64,000 nucleotides of DNA from a virus: IMG/VR virus record IMGVR_UViG_3300028103_000009; one strand, 5' to 3'. Shown piece after piece: positions 29,935-41,973 of this stretch. Under the pieces are notes generated by a model, which saw only the letters and a program-made list of their open reading frames with translations, had not been told where the DNA came from and did not search any database. Both the position numbers and the translations under genes were made by a program. Every line of letters starts with the position of its first letter. The stretch's first letter is position 1.

Positions 29935-30369
29935 ATGTTACACATCATCACTGATCTACAAGACAATCTATTAAGTTTAATCAAAGACGATCCGGTAAGA
30001 CCGGAGATTCCTGCTGAGCAGCGAGTCAACGAAAACAGCCGTATCTTTGTATTAAAAGATGATGATGGTCACCCGCTAGCAGTGACCTGTGTCAAGTTCT
30101 TAGCTGATATTCCTGCGACTGTAGAAGATCTAGCTGACAAAGTGGTCAATACCAATACCGCAGTGTTCTATACTATTTGGTCATATGCTGCAGGTGCTGG
30201 ACGCCAGTTGATCGAAGAAGCGCAGGCTAAAATCAAGCAAGAACAGCCCGAAGTAAAAACCTACGTGACACTAAGTCCTAAGACTGAAATGGCACGTAAG
30301 TTTCATCACAAGAACGGCGCTAAGACCTATCGCGAAAACACCGATACGGTCAACTATCTCTACGAGTAA
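29935..30369 (+). CDS. GNAT / malonyl-CoA-decarboxylase-like small protein
   Basis: AVFYTIWS...GAGRQLI...VTLSP; promoter TTGACA-N17-TATAAT at 29885-29913. Confidence 0.45.
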   Translation: MLHIITDLQDNLLSLIKDDPVRPEIPAEQRVNENSRIFVLKDDDGHPLAVTCVKFLADIPATVEDLADKVVNTNTAVFYTIWSYAAGAGRQLIEEAQAKIKQEQPEVKTYVTLSPKTEMARKFHHKNGAKTYRENTDTVNYLYE

Positions 30370-30568
30370 GACCCCAGCGTATCTTTAACCAGATACGCTC
30401 GTGTATGTAGTAGTCTATGCTGAGCAGGATGTGCAGTGCTGTGGCAAATCCTGTGGCTGAGCCAATATCTCCAGTAAACAACCAAGTCCAAAAGATCGTA
30501 AATAACCAAGCGGTTATCCTATAAGTAACCATCCTTGTGATGGTACGTTGGCGTGTTTCTTCTATCAT
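30350..30568 (-). CDS. DUF2061-like small membrane protein
   Basis: ETRQRTITR..TYR ... YYIHERIW. Confidence 0.65.
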   Translation of the reverse strand: MIEETRQRTITRMVTYRITAWLFTIFWTWLFTGDIGSATGFATALHILLSIDYYIHERIWLKIRWGLTRRDS

Positions 30569-30569
30569 G

Positions 30570-30926
30570 TTATTTTACCAAATGTTGTGCTAGTACCATG
30601 CAGCTGAGCCAGGCCCACATGGTGTTAAAACTAACCAACGTGGGCAACAGTTTCTTGTTTGAAGCCCAGATCAATGTTAGGCTAGTAAACAGAGTAAGGA
30701 AATACAACCACCAAATCTGTATGCCGAAAATCAAACCTGGAATGATGATTATGGCCTTGCAGAACCAACTGGCAAACTCTACTTTGTTGTAGAGAGGTTG
30801 CCAATATTCACGAGTTAAAAACATGCTAAAGCAGTCACGGATTTCTCGGAAGCCAGTGAGCCTATATGTGATCACAGTTAATGCTAGCCAAACGGTCGTG
30901 GCCCAAACTATCTGTTCTAGAGTCAT
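30570..30926 (-). CDS. membrane hypothetical protein
   Basis: Several hydrophobic segments. Confidence 0.6.
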   Translation of the reverse strand: MTLEQIVWATTVWLALTVITYRLTGFREIRDCFSMFLTREYWQPLYNKVEFASWFCKAIIIIPGLIFGIQIWWLYFLTLFTSLTLIWASNKKLLPTLVSFNTMWAWLSCMVLAQHLVK

Positions 30927-31231
30927 AATATTCCCTTGTTAAAGTTGTATATAGATACTTAGCTTAATCTGATCAGTTAATGGCTCAGAGCTGGCTGAGC
31001 TAAATACTAGACAACGGAGCAGAACATGGAATATGCGATCTTGGCCTACAGCCTCAAAGAAAACCAACTACAGCGAGAACTCAATCTGGAAAAAAATCCT
31101 CCAGTCACAGATCCTGCATATGCACAAAAGATCGCTGATGCTTTCGCATATCGTCTAAATCTCAACAAGTTCCTAAACACACAGGACTGGGTGGGACGCA
31201 TCGAGCTGATCAACAACCCCGTGGTATAAAC

Positions 31232-31558
31232 GTGATTAGGTTCACAGAACGAGCCCGAACTAAAATACAAGAACTACTCAAACAGCGTGGCCGTGGTGTG
31301 GGCATACGCATAGGCACCAACACACGTGGCTGCTCAGGACTGAGCTATGTGTTAGAATACGTAGACACCTACACAGCAGAAGAGGGAGTGACCAACTTCG
31401 CACAGCCCGAGTTCGTGGTCTTGGTGTCATTCCGAGATCAGGTTTATCTCTCAGGGCTAGAAGTAGATTGGGTCAAGAAGGGTCTAAACGAAGGCTTCGA
31501 ATTTACCAACCCAAACGAAACCGCACGTTGTGGCTGCGGTGAAAGCTTCAAGGTCTGA
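31232..31558 (+). CDS. iscA: Fe-S cluster assembly A-type carrier (IscA/HesB)
   Basis: RGCSGLSY and NPNETARCGCGESF motifs. Confidence 0.93.
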   Translation: MIRFTERARTKIQELLKQRGRGVGIRIGTNTRGCSGLSYVLEYVDTYTAEEGVTNFAQPEFVVLVSFRDQVYLSGLEVDWVKKGLNEGFEFTNPNETARCGCGESFKV

Positions 31559-32602
31559 GATAGTCCGCTAGCCAAAAGGCCGCAAACATTAGTCCAATAG
31601 TCAAGGCAGTGATCACACTGATCCAACGCACATCCTGTTCATCGGGCAGCTTGTACCAAAACTCATAGGCCGCATCATAGACCCAGCCTTCAGGCGGATC
31701 TAGGGGATCATATAAGTGTGGGTGGCTAGCGGGCGTGGGCTGGACACTGTATCTCCGACGATAGGCTTCACGATGCTCTTCAGCGGTCATAGGGGGTAGC
31801 AGTTCCTGTGCGAGGTCTGCGTTTAACTTATCAAGTGCTGTTTTCGGGTCCATGTCGTCCTCCTGCCCATCTCATAGCTAGTAGTAGCTGATCTGATCTA
31901 GAGCCGCCACGCACTTCTATGGGTTCTGTGCCCCAGACATGTGTGTTACGGCTGATCCAAAAGTTTCCAGGATGCGATTGGCACCACTGTATAAACTCAT
32001 GCCGTTCTAGACTGTTAGCAGGCCAACAGTAGCAGAGCCAACGATGCTCACCCAGATCCTTTACTCGTATTTTCATAGTCTTAGTATACACGATGCTGAC
32101 TTGTTTGTCAAGGCGCAGCCGCGCGATTTTTTTTTCGGCGAAGCAGCGCAAAAATTTAGCGCGAAGCGCACAGCGGTAAGATTTTTTAGCTTCTAGTAAG
32201 ACCAAAGTATTCCATAGCTAGCCAGCATACAACACAGACCGCCCCAATCTTGGCCATGAACATGGCGAATGCATTTAGATCGTTGTCCAGCTTATCGGGC
32301 ATGGGATACCAAGTATCTTCCTCCCTACTGTAGTAGTACTTACGACCTCTTATTTCCTCTATATCCATAATATTCTTCTCGTTCAATGACGGCTACTGCT
32401 CCCTCGCACTCTAGCAAAAACTGTGTTTCTAAGGTGTTGCGCGGCACTAGTATGCGTGTCCTATTTAGATGCACTTCGTAGTGTAGACCATACCTCTCTG
32501 CGAAGCGTAGAGCACGCTCTAGACTGGGATCCGAAGTGTAGACAGCATATTCTCTATAGGGCATGATTGTATATAGCTTAAATAACCTAATGGAGGCAAA
32601 AA

Positions 32603-32782
32603 ATGACAGAAACACACAAGAGAACCATAGCTAGAGCTGTGATATGGAGAGTGATAGCTACCTGTGTAACAGCCATATGGGCAGGATGGTCAGGAGCGAT
32701 CTGGGCCAACATAGTGCTGACAGCGTTACATTATGTGCATGAAAGACTATGGCTAAGAGTCAGCTGGGGAAGGCAGATCTAG
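32603..32782 (+). CDS. second DUF2061-like membrane protein (missing from the ORF track)
   Basis: GGAGG RBS; MTETHKRTIARAVIWR...HYVHERLWLRVSWGRQI*. Confidence 0.65.
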   Translation: MTETHKRTIARAVIWRVIATCVTAIWAGWSGAIWANIVLTALHYVHERLWLRVSWGRQI

Positions 32783-32923
32783 AGATCACTGCAGGATCAT
32801 GACCGCGATGATGACTAGGAACACTAGCAGCCACAGTGTATAAGATATTAGGAAATGGATGTCTATGCGCATCTGTTACTTATCGAGTTGACAACCTAGA
32901 CCATAAGATAGTATCATATAACT

Positions 32924-33310
32924 ATGCGACAACAAACTAAAACTTGTGCGATGTGTCTAGTGGAAAAGCCAGAATCGGCTTTTGGCAGAGACGGCGGTCG
33001 ACATGGGTATCTACGCTATGAATGCAGAGAATGCGCTAGACAGCAGAGTCGAACTCTAAGAGCTATTAAAAGGTCAGCAAAGCCGCCCGAGAAAGATCAT
33101 CGCTGTGCTATCTGTCTAAGAAACTATGATGAAATGCAGGGTCACAGTCTGCGTAGAAAAAACTGGGTCTGCGATCATGATCACGAAACAGGCCTATTTA
33201 GAGGTTGGCTATGCCATAAATGCAACATGGGCTTGGGAAATCTAGCAGACGATGTAGAACGGTTACAGCGAGCTATCAAGTATATAGAACAGAGTAGAAA
33301 AGGGTCCTAG
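32924..33310 (+). CDS. endonuclease VII-like protein
   Basis: CAIC, DHDHETGLFRGWLCHKCN. Confidence 0.85.
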   Translation: MRQQTKTCAMCLVEKPESAFGRDGGRHGYLRYECRECARQQSRTLRAIKRSAKPPEKDHRCAICLRNYDEMQGHSLRRKNWVCDHDHETGLFRGWLCHKCNMGLGNLADDVERLQRAIKYIEQSRKGS

Positions 33311-34195
33311 CGGGATAAAATTTTGGCCGCGCAAAAAATTTGGGTGGAGTACTTTTCTTTTCAGGGTGGTGATTTGCTACCCCTGTTGCAAAAATACAAC
33401 ACTGTACGCACTATAGCCCCCCACCCCCATCGGCCGAACCTTCACCGACCGAGACCTCAACACCGATCCGTCATGCCGGGTCTCTTCTGGTCGTCTCTGA
33501 GGTGCCCTGAACAGATCCTTTCTGCTGCGCCCGACCAAGCAGGGATCTGATCCGTCAACTGATAAGGCGGTCTCGGGTCCCAGGGCGCATCTCTACGATC
33601 CCTAACAGCGCAGCCCGCAGCACAGCTAGCGGCTAGCGTTACGGATAGCAGTCTTAGCAGCATCTGCATATGTGTCTAGCCCCTGTTCTTGTTCTGTGCA
33701 TTCCCACGCAGCGATCTGCAGCAGGCTACGGCCATCGCAGCCGTCCTTATAGGGCAGTGCTGCCAGCACAGCTTCAGCTTGTCCTAGGCTTTGGCAGTTC
33801 CATAGTATGTCTATGATCTCGCGCTGCCTATGTGTGAGTCCTGTGATCTGTATCATAGTCTTAGTATAGCTCCAATAGCATAGATAGTCAATAGTCCCGC
33901 GTTCACAGCTACCAAGTTCCAATCGCGTACGGTTAGACTCCAGTATAGGTACAGGACGCTGCCTAGGTTCAGCAGCAGGATGTTCAAGGGATCCTGTCCC
34001 AGTGCAGTTGCCGCAGCACCCGCTAGGGTACATATGAGCGCCAAGTGTTTGGCCGCAGCAGCGATCATAGCAAGAGTGTGGCTGCGAATACCACGGGGGG
34101 CGCAAAGATCATCGCAACGGCTAAGAGTGTCTGCATGAGTAGTCCTTGTTGTCATGTCCATATTATATGCTCGTAGACCCAAACTGTCAACCACG

Positions 34196-34369
34196 TTATG
34201 CTGCCGCGAACAGAGCGCGGAACTGGCTCATCACGTTGTGGAAACTACGCAGCTCTGAGATGGTGAACTCTTCAGTGTTGTTCTCGATGTAGATCAGGGT
34301 TTCCAGCACGGGCAGCTGACCCAAGCGTTCCTGTATGCCTGCTATGACTTTGAGATCTTGATTGATCAT
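34196..34369 (-). CDS. early hypothetical protein (missing from the ORF track)
   Basis: Own promoter and AGGAGCGA RBS; MINQDLKVIAGIQERLGQL...RALFAAA*. Confidence 0.6.
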   Translation of the reverse strand: MINQDLKVIAGIQERLGQLPVLETLIYIENNTEEFTISELRSFHNVMSQFRALFAAA

Positions 34370-34678
34370 CATTCGCTCCTTTGTTAATATGTGTGTAGTA
34401 TACTACCGTTCGCCCAAACTGTCAACCAGTCGGGCTGTTGCAGAATTGCCACATCTTGAACTGATCCCCGCGCAGCCCCATCAAGATTCCTTCGTAGTCC
34501 CTGTAAGAGCAGCAGGCCCAAATCTCGCGAGGTTCGTAGCGGTATGTGCCGTAGCCTTGACCCCAATCGTATTCACGTGGAGTGTTGTGCTGTGTGACTA
34601 TCCTACGGGCCGTGCTGGCTCGCTTGTAGTACTTTTCCATACGGCCCGAGCGGACCTCGTAGACGATCCAACCTGACA

Positions 34679-34951
34679 TCAGTCCTCGACCCTAGACAGC
34701 ATGTTTGCGGGAACCCTGTAGCGACCAAAGGCTGTGTTAACGATACAGTTCTTGATCGCGACCTTTTCCACGGTGCCCACCATCAAACGTCCGGTGCGGC
34801 TGCTGGTGAATGAGATCTTGTCCCCGGCCATGAGGTTGATGGTAGCCATCTTTGACAGCTTGGTGCGCCGCTGTTTGATCAGATCGATCATTTCAGAGGT
34901 ATCCTCGAGTGTGGCGTCCCTGAGGATGAAATCACGGATGTCTGTGCGCAT
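34679..34951 (-). CDS. early hypothetical protein (SH3/KOW-like C-terminal half)
   Basis: AGGAGCA RBS; GDKISF...GTVEKV...YRVPANML. Confidence 0.6.
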   Translation of the reverse strand: MRTDIRDFILRDATLEDTSEMIDLIKQRRTKLSKMATINLMAGDKISFTSSRTGRLMVGTVEKVAIKNCIVNTAFGRYRVPANMLSRVED

Positions 34952-35430
34952 AGTTGCTCCTTTGTGTGTCAGTATGTGTATTGTACTGCCAAACTGCGAA
35001 AAGGTCAACCGATTTAGGTGTTGTTTTTTTGCAACAGTAGATCGCCACCCTCGGCCCGATCAACGATGAATTTAACCGTGTCCTTGAAGCGGCTGCGGAT
35101 CTCTCGCTGTAGTCCCTCAGCTGTAGAGCTCTGTCCTACGAACTGCTCTGTGTCCTTGCGATAGGCATAGAGCTGGCCTTGATGCTGCTCGATACGGATC
35201 TGGATCAGCTCGGGTTCGGCACTCTCATCGCTGTCCTCGGTGATCTCCCGCTCTAATTTCTCGCGTAATTTACGAAGGTCTGCGGGCTTGATGCCTAGAT
35301 CCTTGAGCACTTCGCCGAGGATCATACGGAAGAACACACGCTCTACGAAGCGGCCCAGAAGGAATCCCAGGATGAATACCGTGAATAGAATTAAGATCAG
35401 TTCCATGAATTATTTACTCCTAAGAGAGAT

Positions 35431-35465
35431 AAAAAAAGGGCGGATGCATCGAGTACACCCGCCCT
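35431..35465 (-). terminator. Rho-independent terminator
   Basis: Minus strand GGGCGGGTGTA-CTCGA-TGCATCCGCCC-TTTTTTT. Confidence 0.75.
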
Positions 35466-35491
35466 GTGCCTATTACCGGGAGCGAATCGGA

Positions 35492-35797
35492 TTAGGCAGT
35501 AACAGCTTCACGTGTCTCGACCTTAGCTGCAGGCGCAGCAAGGGTGACGCCGTTCTTCTTGGCTACGTAAGCGATGGCAGCTTCCACTGCAGGCTTACCT
35601 GTGCCATAACCTGTAGAGTACAGGTGCTGAGCGATCTCAGCCTTGGTCATCTCGTTAGGAAGGTTGATCAAGTCAACGTCCTTGTGACCATTCTTTGCGA
35701 GGATCTTGATTCGCATCGAGTCATTTGCGAAACGGATCTTAGTCTTACCATTCAGCGTCGAAACGCCAGCTACGGAGAACTTCTTTTCAGTTGCCAT
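35492..35797 (-). CDS. early hypothetical protein
   Basis: Promoter at about 35880; KIRFAND motif; followed by a conserved hairpin and terminator. Confidence 0.7.
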   Translation of the reverse strand: MATEKKFSVAGVSTLNGKTKIRFANDSMRIKILAKNGHKDVDLINLPNEMTKAEIAQHLYSTGYGTGKPAVEAAIAYVAKKNGVTLAAPAAKVETREAVTA

Positions 35798-36369
35798 TTT
35801 AATGTGCCTTTCTGTGTGTGTTTAAAAGTATACCAACCCTATTTGGTATGCTACTAATATAGCATAGCCAATCCATACTGTCAACCATTCGGTTTACCAA
35901 AATCTCCTAGTTTGGTGACCCGAATAGTCACAGCTTCCTTCTCATCTAGAGCAGCGATGAACTCGTCGTCATAGATAAGATCCTGCATGGCCAGATCGAT
36001 CATCTGCTCGACCCTAGCCTCGTCCGCTGTGCCCTCTCCGGCACAAAGGACTTCAAACTTGAACTCAAAGGTTCGCTTCATTTTCCCAAAACTCCTTGCG
36101 TAGCATGAACATCGTGTATGCTTCTTTGTTTAGGTATATACTCGACTTTTCTGCATCCCAAGCCCAAACCGGCTGTGTGCCGTCGAAGTATTCTGGGCGA
36201 GCGCAGAACAGTTCTCCGCTGGCGCCAAACTGTTGCCAAAGCCAGTTGCGGGCGCGGACCCATTGCTTGACACGGATCACACGCCCTTGCCCTGTGTAGC
36301 CAGTGAACTCGACCCTGTGACTAAAGCGTTCATGCCCGTCATAGCGTCGGTCCAACTTGACCACATTCA

Positions 36370-36993
36370 TCACAGCGGCTGCTCCTTGGCTTCGGCACCC
36401 TCACGGATCCACTGTGTGAGCTCTTCCTCATTCTCACGCTCATACTCTTCCATGCACTCGCTGATGCCAAAGCACTCATCCAAGTCCTCAGGAATCTCAT
36501 CGCGGACCTGTTTGCTGGACATCTCGCTCAGGTCATAGTTGTCTTCACAGCCATCTTCAAAGACGCCAGCGAAGCACATGCCGGGCTCATAATACATGGC
36601 TCGCACTTCATAGCCCTGCTCGGTCAGTTCTTGGTAAACGCCCACTGGAGGAGCCCAAGCACTGTCAAAGCCCACGCTCATGCTAGTGCCATCCTCGCTG
36701 ACGTCTGCAGGGTTGCAGTCATCGCCACCCACATCCCACTTGGTGCCCCAACGGCTGGTCTGGAAACTATACCAATCAGCATGTCCATACTTCTCAAGGT
36801 TGGACTTCTGCTGTGCTTCGTGGGCCTCACGCTTGTCCTCGCCCATGAAGCCTGACACTGTGTCAGTGAGCTCTTTAGGAGTAGGAATCACATGCTGGCA
36901 AAACTCTCCACGATTGAATGCGTCTGCGAGAGCACGGATTTTCTCAGGGTCCTTGTGGCTGATTTCCACATAGTTGTTGCACCAGTTTGGCAT
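36370..36993 (-). CDS. DUF1281/YubB ferredoxin-like domain protein
   Basis: MPNWCNN, WGTKWD, FDSAWAPP and YYEPG motifs. Confidence 0.75.
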   Translation of the reverse strand: MPNWCNNYVEISHKDPEKIRALADAFNRGEFCQHVIPTPKELTDTVSGFMGEDKREAHEAQQKSNLEKYGHADWYSFQTSRWGTKWDVGGDDCNPADVSEDGTSMSVGFDSAWAPPVGVYQELTEQGYEVRAMYYEPGMCFAGVFEDGCEDNYDLSEMSSKQVRDEIPEDLDECFGISECMEEYERENEEELTQWIREGAEAKEQPL

Positions 36994-37716
36994 AGGTTCG
37001 CTCCTTAAGTTAAGTTAGTATTATACATCCAAAATCAGTCAAAGTCAACTGAACTCACTTCAACACCGTCTTCGATCTCTGTGTATAGATCGTAGATCTT
37101 ACTCTGGATGATCTTCTTCTGGCCGGCTCTGATCGGGAGGGCCATGGCCAGTTCCTCGATCTGATCCAAGAGTCCATCAATCGCTTGTAGATCATGACCA
37201 ACTGCATTAAAATCTCTCATATCGCTCTCCTAAGTGTATGTGTATTATACACTCAGCGTTTCAAAATGTCAACCAAATGTTGATTGGCCAAGTTCTGGTC
37301 TACCCGATCCACGAACCTCTGCTCGATCTCACGTGAGGCTCGATCGGCGATCTGGCTCACGGTCCTTAGGATCTTAGCCTGGGCCATCGCGGTCGTTTCC
37401 GGGGCACTCAGGGCATCCAGAGCGCGGCGTAGATAGTCCAGTTCCTCGGGCTTGATCACTTGTAGGCCTCTGCATTCTGGATCATCATCGCGCCACAGCC
37501 CATGATCATCAATCCCACGGTAGAAACCAAGGCACCCAGCAAAAGACCGGAGTTGTCCAAGCTCTGCTCAATGCCGCCCACACCGAAGATCGTTACGAGC
37601 AGTCCTACGATAAAGCAGAACATTCCGGATTTTTCCATTGATGACTGTGTCATTGATTCGCTCCTAAGTTGTTTAGTATGTGTATTATACGACCAAAATA
37701 CCAATCTGTCAACCGA

Positions 37717-37974
37717 TCAGCGCCAATCTTTTTTGTCGCCGTAGCGTTCGTTGTAGTCGTAGCCAGCCATGTATTCGGCCACGCTCTCAGGATCCGTAAC
37801 CTCAACGCGGGGACCTGACTCGCCGCCAACTCCACCGTAGTGCGGCCGACGAGCCCGGCCGTAGTAAGAGTCTGCTGAGCCACGATCGTAGAGGCAACCG
37901 TGTTCTGAGCGCAGGAACTGCCAGCCCTTGAGGGCACGGACCACACGCTCTTGTTCTGAAATCTCTGGATACAT
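37717..37974 (-). CDS. early hypothetical protein
   Basis: Own promoter and RBS; HGCLYDRGSADSYYGR. Confidence 0.65.
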   Translation of the reverse strand: MYPEISEQERVVRALKGWQFLRSEHGCLYDRGSADSYYGRARRPHYGGVGGESGPRVEVTDPESVAEYMAGYDYNERYGDKKDWR

Positions 37975-39503
37975 TCTTCGCTCCTTTTATCTAACTATGA
38001 TGCTAGTATAGCACCAAACGTCCAAACTGTCAACCAAAATCCTTTAGCAGTCAGGGTCAAAATCGTGCCACTCCTGCATCTCGTCGGGTTGACCGTCGTA
38101 ATCCGCATCAGAATCGCTGCTTAGGATTCGTTGGACTTCTTCTGGGGATACACCTAGCGTTTCGCTGATGGTTAGGATCGTGCCTTCGTCCTGGCCAAAA
38201 TCATCACCCATATCGTGGGCCATGCTCATCACTTCCAGTTCCAGATTTGCAAAGTATCCCATAACTCGCTCTCCTTAGTATGCCTACAGTATAGCACCAA
38301 AAATCCAAACTGTCAACCAAAATCTGCAGAAAAGAAAAAGGTGTGGCTTTTATGCCACACCCGCCAGTTCCATAGCGTAGCGTTCCCAGTAATCGTCGCT
38401 GTCCTCAAACTCTTCTACGAGATCGTCGTATTCATCGATGATCTGCACGTATTCACCGCGCAGCTGGTAACGATACACATGATCGCCGTTTACGACCACG
38501 TCCCCTGATCTACGGCCCCCTACGAACTCGATCTGCTCACCATCGATGCTGTAGATCGTGCTGTTGTCGGTATACTTGAGATGGATATACATGGGCTTGC
38601 TCCTTTGTTTACCCGTGTAATGTAGCAGCTATAGCCCGAGCTGTCAACCAATCTTTTTGCAGGGCTGGTATGCTGTACACGCATAGCTAGCCCCGGTCAA
38701 TTCGCTGCAGAATTACCTTCGGGGTTTAAGAAGAGCCTGGCTCTCCTTGCGCAGCCTGCCCGCTTCCTTGTACATACGGTCAGCATCCTCAGCTAGGGCC
38801 TTAGATCGTTCCTGTGATAGTTTGCTGCCCCCAAACTCACGATCCACGTAGTACTGGATTAACCTATGCTTGATCATAGTAGGCAGGTCCATACCATAAT
38901 CTTCCGGACAAACGAAACGGACAGGGCAACGGCCCCATCCGCCATATTCTAGGAACTCTGCGTAGTAGCGCCTATGATCTTTATTGTAAGCGTCGAAGGC
39001 CACTAAGGGCCTTGCGTAGAACTCTAGTTTACTCATTAACTGTTTACAGTTGAGTAAGGACTCAACTCATCCTCTATTAGGTCAGGACCACAGCCGTCCT
39101 CATCATCGAGGCTGTTGCTAGCGAGCCAGTCATGGACCATGCTCACAGGCACTCCAAGGGTCTCACTGATCATCCTAGGGCTAAGGCCTTCGATAAACAG
39201 TTGCTCGATCTCGTAAGCGATCTGATCTAGTCTGCTCATCGTGCCATCTCCTGGGAAGTTGTCTTAACCTTATCAACACCATGATCTAGCATACGAGCTA
39301 CGCCAGAGAATCCGACTTGCCCGAACACTATACCAGCTACAAAAACCACGACATATTTCAACATCTTGGTGCTCCTTTCTGTGTGTCAGTATCTATATTA
39401 TACGATCAATCTATCAATCTGTCAAGACCACTTACACGCATACGTGTAGCAGCGGGGCCTAGGGTACTGTGGCATTTTAGCCACAGCCCCTGGCACTCCC
39501 AAA

Positions 39504-40706
39504 TCAGGCTACCTCTTTCTCGTAGATCACAGTCTGGCCAAAGGGTGACTCAGCCTGTGTGTTTCCTTTAACGATAAAGATAGTATCGCAGTAGTCTTCC
39601 TCACCCCAACTACCGCAGGGGTAACCGTCCGTAAACATGATAAACTTCTTGGGCTGGATGTTCTGCTCACGCATGAACTCCCAGTTGGCTTCGAACATAG
39701 TTCCACCACCGCCCTGAGGCTCGTAGTCTACCAAGTCTTCGACGTTGTCGTGAGTGATAGTCTTGTGGTTATAGATCTCTGTGTCAAAGCACCACAGGTT
39801 GATGCTGAAGTCCTCATACTGATCCATGATACCCTTGATCTCGCTCAAGAATACAGTTGCATCCTCGTGCCCAATACTGCCTGACATATCCATAGAGATA
39901 GCGATGTCGATAGTAGTGGCTTCCTTCATGCCTGGAAGCACCGCACCTGAGTGCATACTCTTGCGGTTAGGGCGGGTGAAGGAGTAGTCGTTGCGGATGA
40001 TGCTTTGGATCTCTTGACGCACCAACTCACGCCAGCTGATCTTAGGCTCAGTCATGTCCTTGATCATACGCATGATACCTGCAGGAGTCTTACCTGCACC
40101 AGCGGCCGCGGCACTCTGGATCATGGCCTCTTTGATCTCGTCTTTGATGCGTTGTGCATCCTCTTTGGAGATGCTAGGGCGACCATCCTTTTGATCTTCC
40201 TTGCCGTCCTTGCCGCCGCCATCGCCTTCCTTGATGTGCTCGTCGAGAAGGTCACCAAGTTGCTTCAAGAGCTGGTCCATAGGAATCTTCTCTGCCTTGG
40301 CATACAGATCATCGTAGATCTCTTCCCAGGCCATACCACGATACTTTGGATCGTAGCAGATCTTAACCTCAGTGATCTTCTCGCCGATACGCTCGTCGAT
40401 AAGGATCTGATTAACAGCGAAGTCCTGTGCGATGTTAGACAGTTGACGATCGCGGCTACCAACACGACCAAAGTGGTCAAAGATGCAGTGGCAGATCTCA
40501 TGTGCAAACAGGAACTCTAGTTTCTTGATAGAAAGTTTCTCGATGAACTTCTTGTTATACATGAAGTCACGACCGTTAGTTGCCGCAGTCGGGCACCAGT
40601 CGCTGGCATCGAGCAGACGCATACGAGTAGCCATGTTGCCGAAGAACGGCTCCTTGAGTAGCAGTCCTACTCGGGCAGTTGTCAGTTTCTCTACGATCGG
40701 GTCCAT
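39504..40706 (-). CDS. metallopeptidase-like (HExxH) plus VWA domain protein (DUF2201-like)
   Basis: TAATNG, AHEICH, DMSGS MIDAS, GGGGT and FTDG motifs. Confidence 0.85.
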   Translation of the reverse strand: MDPIVEKLTTARVGLLLKEPFFGNMATRMRLLDASDWCPTAATNGRDFMYNKKFIEKLSIKKLEFLFAHEICHCIFDHFGRVGSRDRQLSNIAQDFAVNQILIDERIGEKITEVKICYDPKYRGMAWEEIYDDLYAKAEKIPMDQLLKQLGDLLDEHIKEGDGGGKDGKEDQKDGRPSISKEDAQRIKDEIKEAMIQSAAAAGAGKTPAGIMRMIKDMTEPKISWRELVRQEIQSIIRNDYSFTRPNRKSMHSGAVLPGMKEATTIDIAISMDMSGSIGHEDATVFLSEIKGIMDQYEDFSINLWCFDTEIYNHKTITHDNVEDLVDYEPQGGGGTMFEANWEFMREQNIQPKKFIMFTDGYPCGSWGEEDYCDTIFIVKGNTQAESPFGQTVIYEKEVA

Positions 40707-40818
40707 AACACGCTCCTTCTTAGTATGCTTCTATTATATGCTCTGTTTATTTATTTGTCAACCGAAAAAGGTGGGCGGGCGACCCTGAGAAGTCCCCGCC
40801 CTTTGGCGCTGGAGAGGT

Positions 40819-41901
40819 CTAGTTCTCCATGGCGCTCAAAACATACTTGCCAAAACGCTTATGGAACTCATCGAAGCTCTTCATCTTCGAAGCATCCAAA
40901 GGCAAGTCATAGTTGGTGAGCGCGGTCTTAGCACCCATAACTACCAGCTCAGTAGGGAAGTTATCCATCATGTAGCGGAAGAAGTTATCGGCACCCTCGT
41001 CCCAGTTCTTGACCTTCTTGTCTGCACGATCCTTGAGCTCGTAGCAGAGGCTAACGGTCAAAGAATACATCGCTGACACTTCCTTGATCTGGAGGTCCTT
41101 GACCTTGCCGTCGAGGATGTCACCAGCCTTAGGCATCTTGCCTGCGATCTTACGGTGAGCCATAAACTTCATGCTAAGGCCGTCACCAATAGCACCTGCG
41201 ACCAGAGTGTGCAGGGTATCTTGATCAGTGTCATCGTCCTTGAGCAGATCGCTCACGAACACCCAAGAACGCGGAGTTGCGAAGCTCTTGCTAGGGCTCT
41301 TAGGATCGAAGTCGTAGAGGTCCTGCTTGGCAAAGCCCACATAACCTACCACATCAGGGTGGACTTTGTTGAGCGTAGCCCAGTCTTGGAAGTCATCGAA
41401 GTCTACCTTCATCTCCAAGTGGACGAAGCGGTTAGCCAACGGAGCAGGCATACGGTAGGTAACACCACGGTCACCTTCACGGTTACCAGCGGCGACTACG
41501 TCAACGCCTTTGGGCAGGACATAGGTGCCAACACGGCGATTAAGGATCAACTGATAGGCCGCGGCCTGAACAGCAGGAGGAGCGGAGTTAAGCTCGTCCA
41601 AGAAGATCACAGCAGTGGACTCAGGATCCACAGGCAGTTCTGCGGGCGGTGCCCACACCATCTTGCCTACATCTGCATTGTAATAGGGGATACCCTTGAT
41701 GTCAGTGGGCTCCCAAAGAGCTAGGCGGACGTCGATGACCTCACGGTTGAGCTCATCAGCGATCTGCTTAACGACATCGGACTTACCAATGCCTGGAGGG
41801 CCCCACAGGAACACAGGGCGACGCACAGTCAGCGACTTGCGGATTGCCTTCTTGGCACCCTTAGGGCCAACTTGGCGAATAGAGATATCTTGCTTTGACA
41901 T
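40819..41901 (-). CDS. MoxR-like AAA+ ATPase
   Basis: GPPGIGKS, FLDELN, AAGN, PLANRF and TPRSW motifs. Confidence 0.88.
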   Translation of the reverse strand: MSKQDISIRQVGPKGAKKAIRKSLTVRRPVFLWGPPGIGKSDVVKQIADELNREVIDVRLALWEPTDIKGIPYYNADVGKMVWAPPAELPVDPESTAVIFLDELNSAPPAVQAAAYQLILNRRVGTYVLPKGVDVVAAGNREGDRGVTYRMPAPLANRFVHLEMKVDFDDFQDWATLNKVHPDVVGYVGFAKQDLYDFDPKSPSKSFATPRSWVFVSDLLKDDDTDQDTLHTLVAGAIGDGLSMKFMAHRKIAGKMPKAGDILDGKVKDLQIKEVSAMYSLTVSLCYELKDRADKKVKNWDEGADNFFRYMMDNFPTELVVMGAKTALTNYDLPLDASKMKSFDEFHKRFGKYVLSAMEN

Positions 41902-41973
41902 ACTAGACCTTTCTTTCTCAGGGTTAAAAACGCTCTCTCAGTATCATTATTGTAGCACCAAGTGAGCTCTTTG

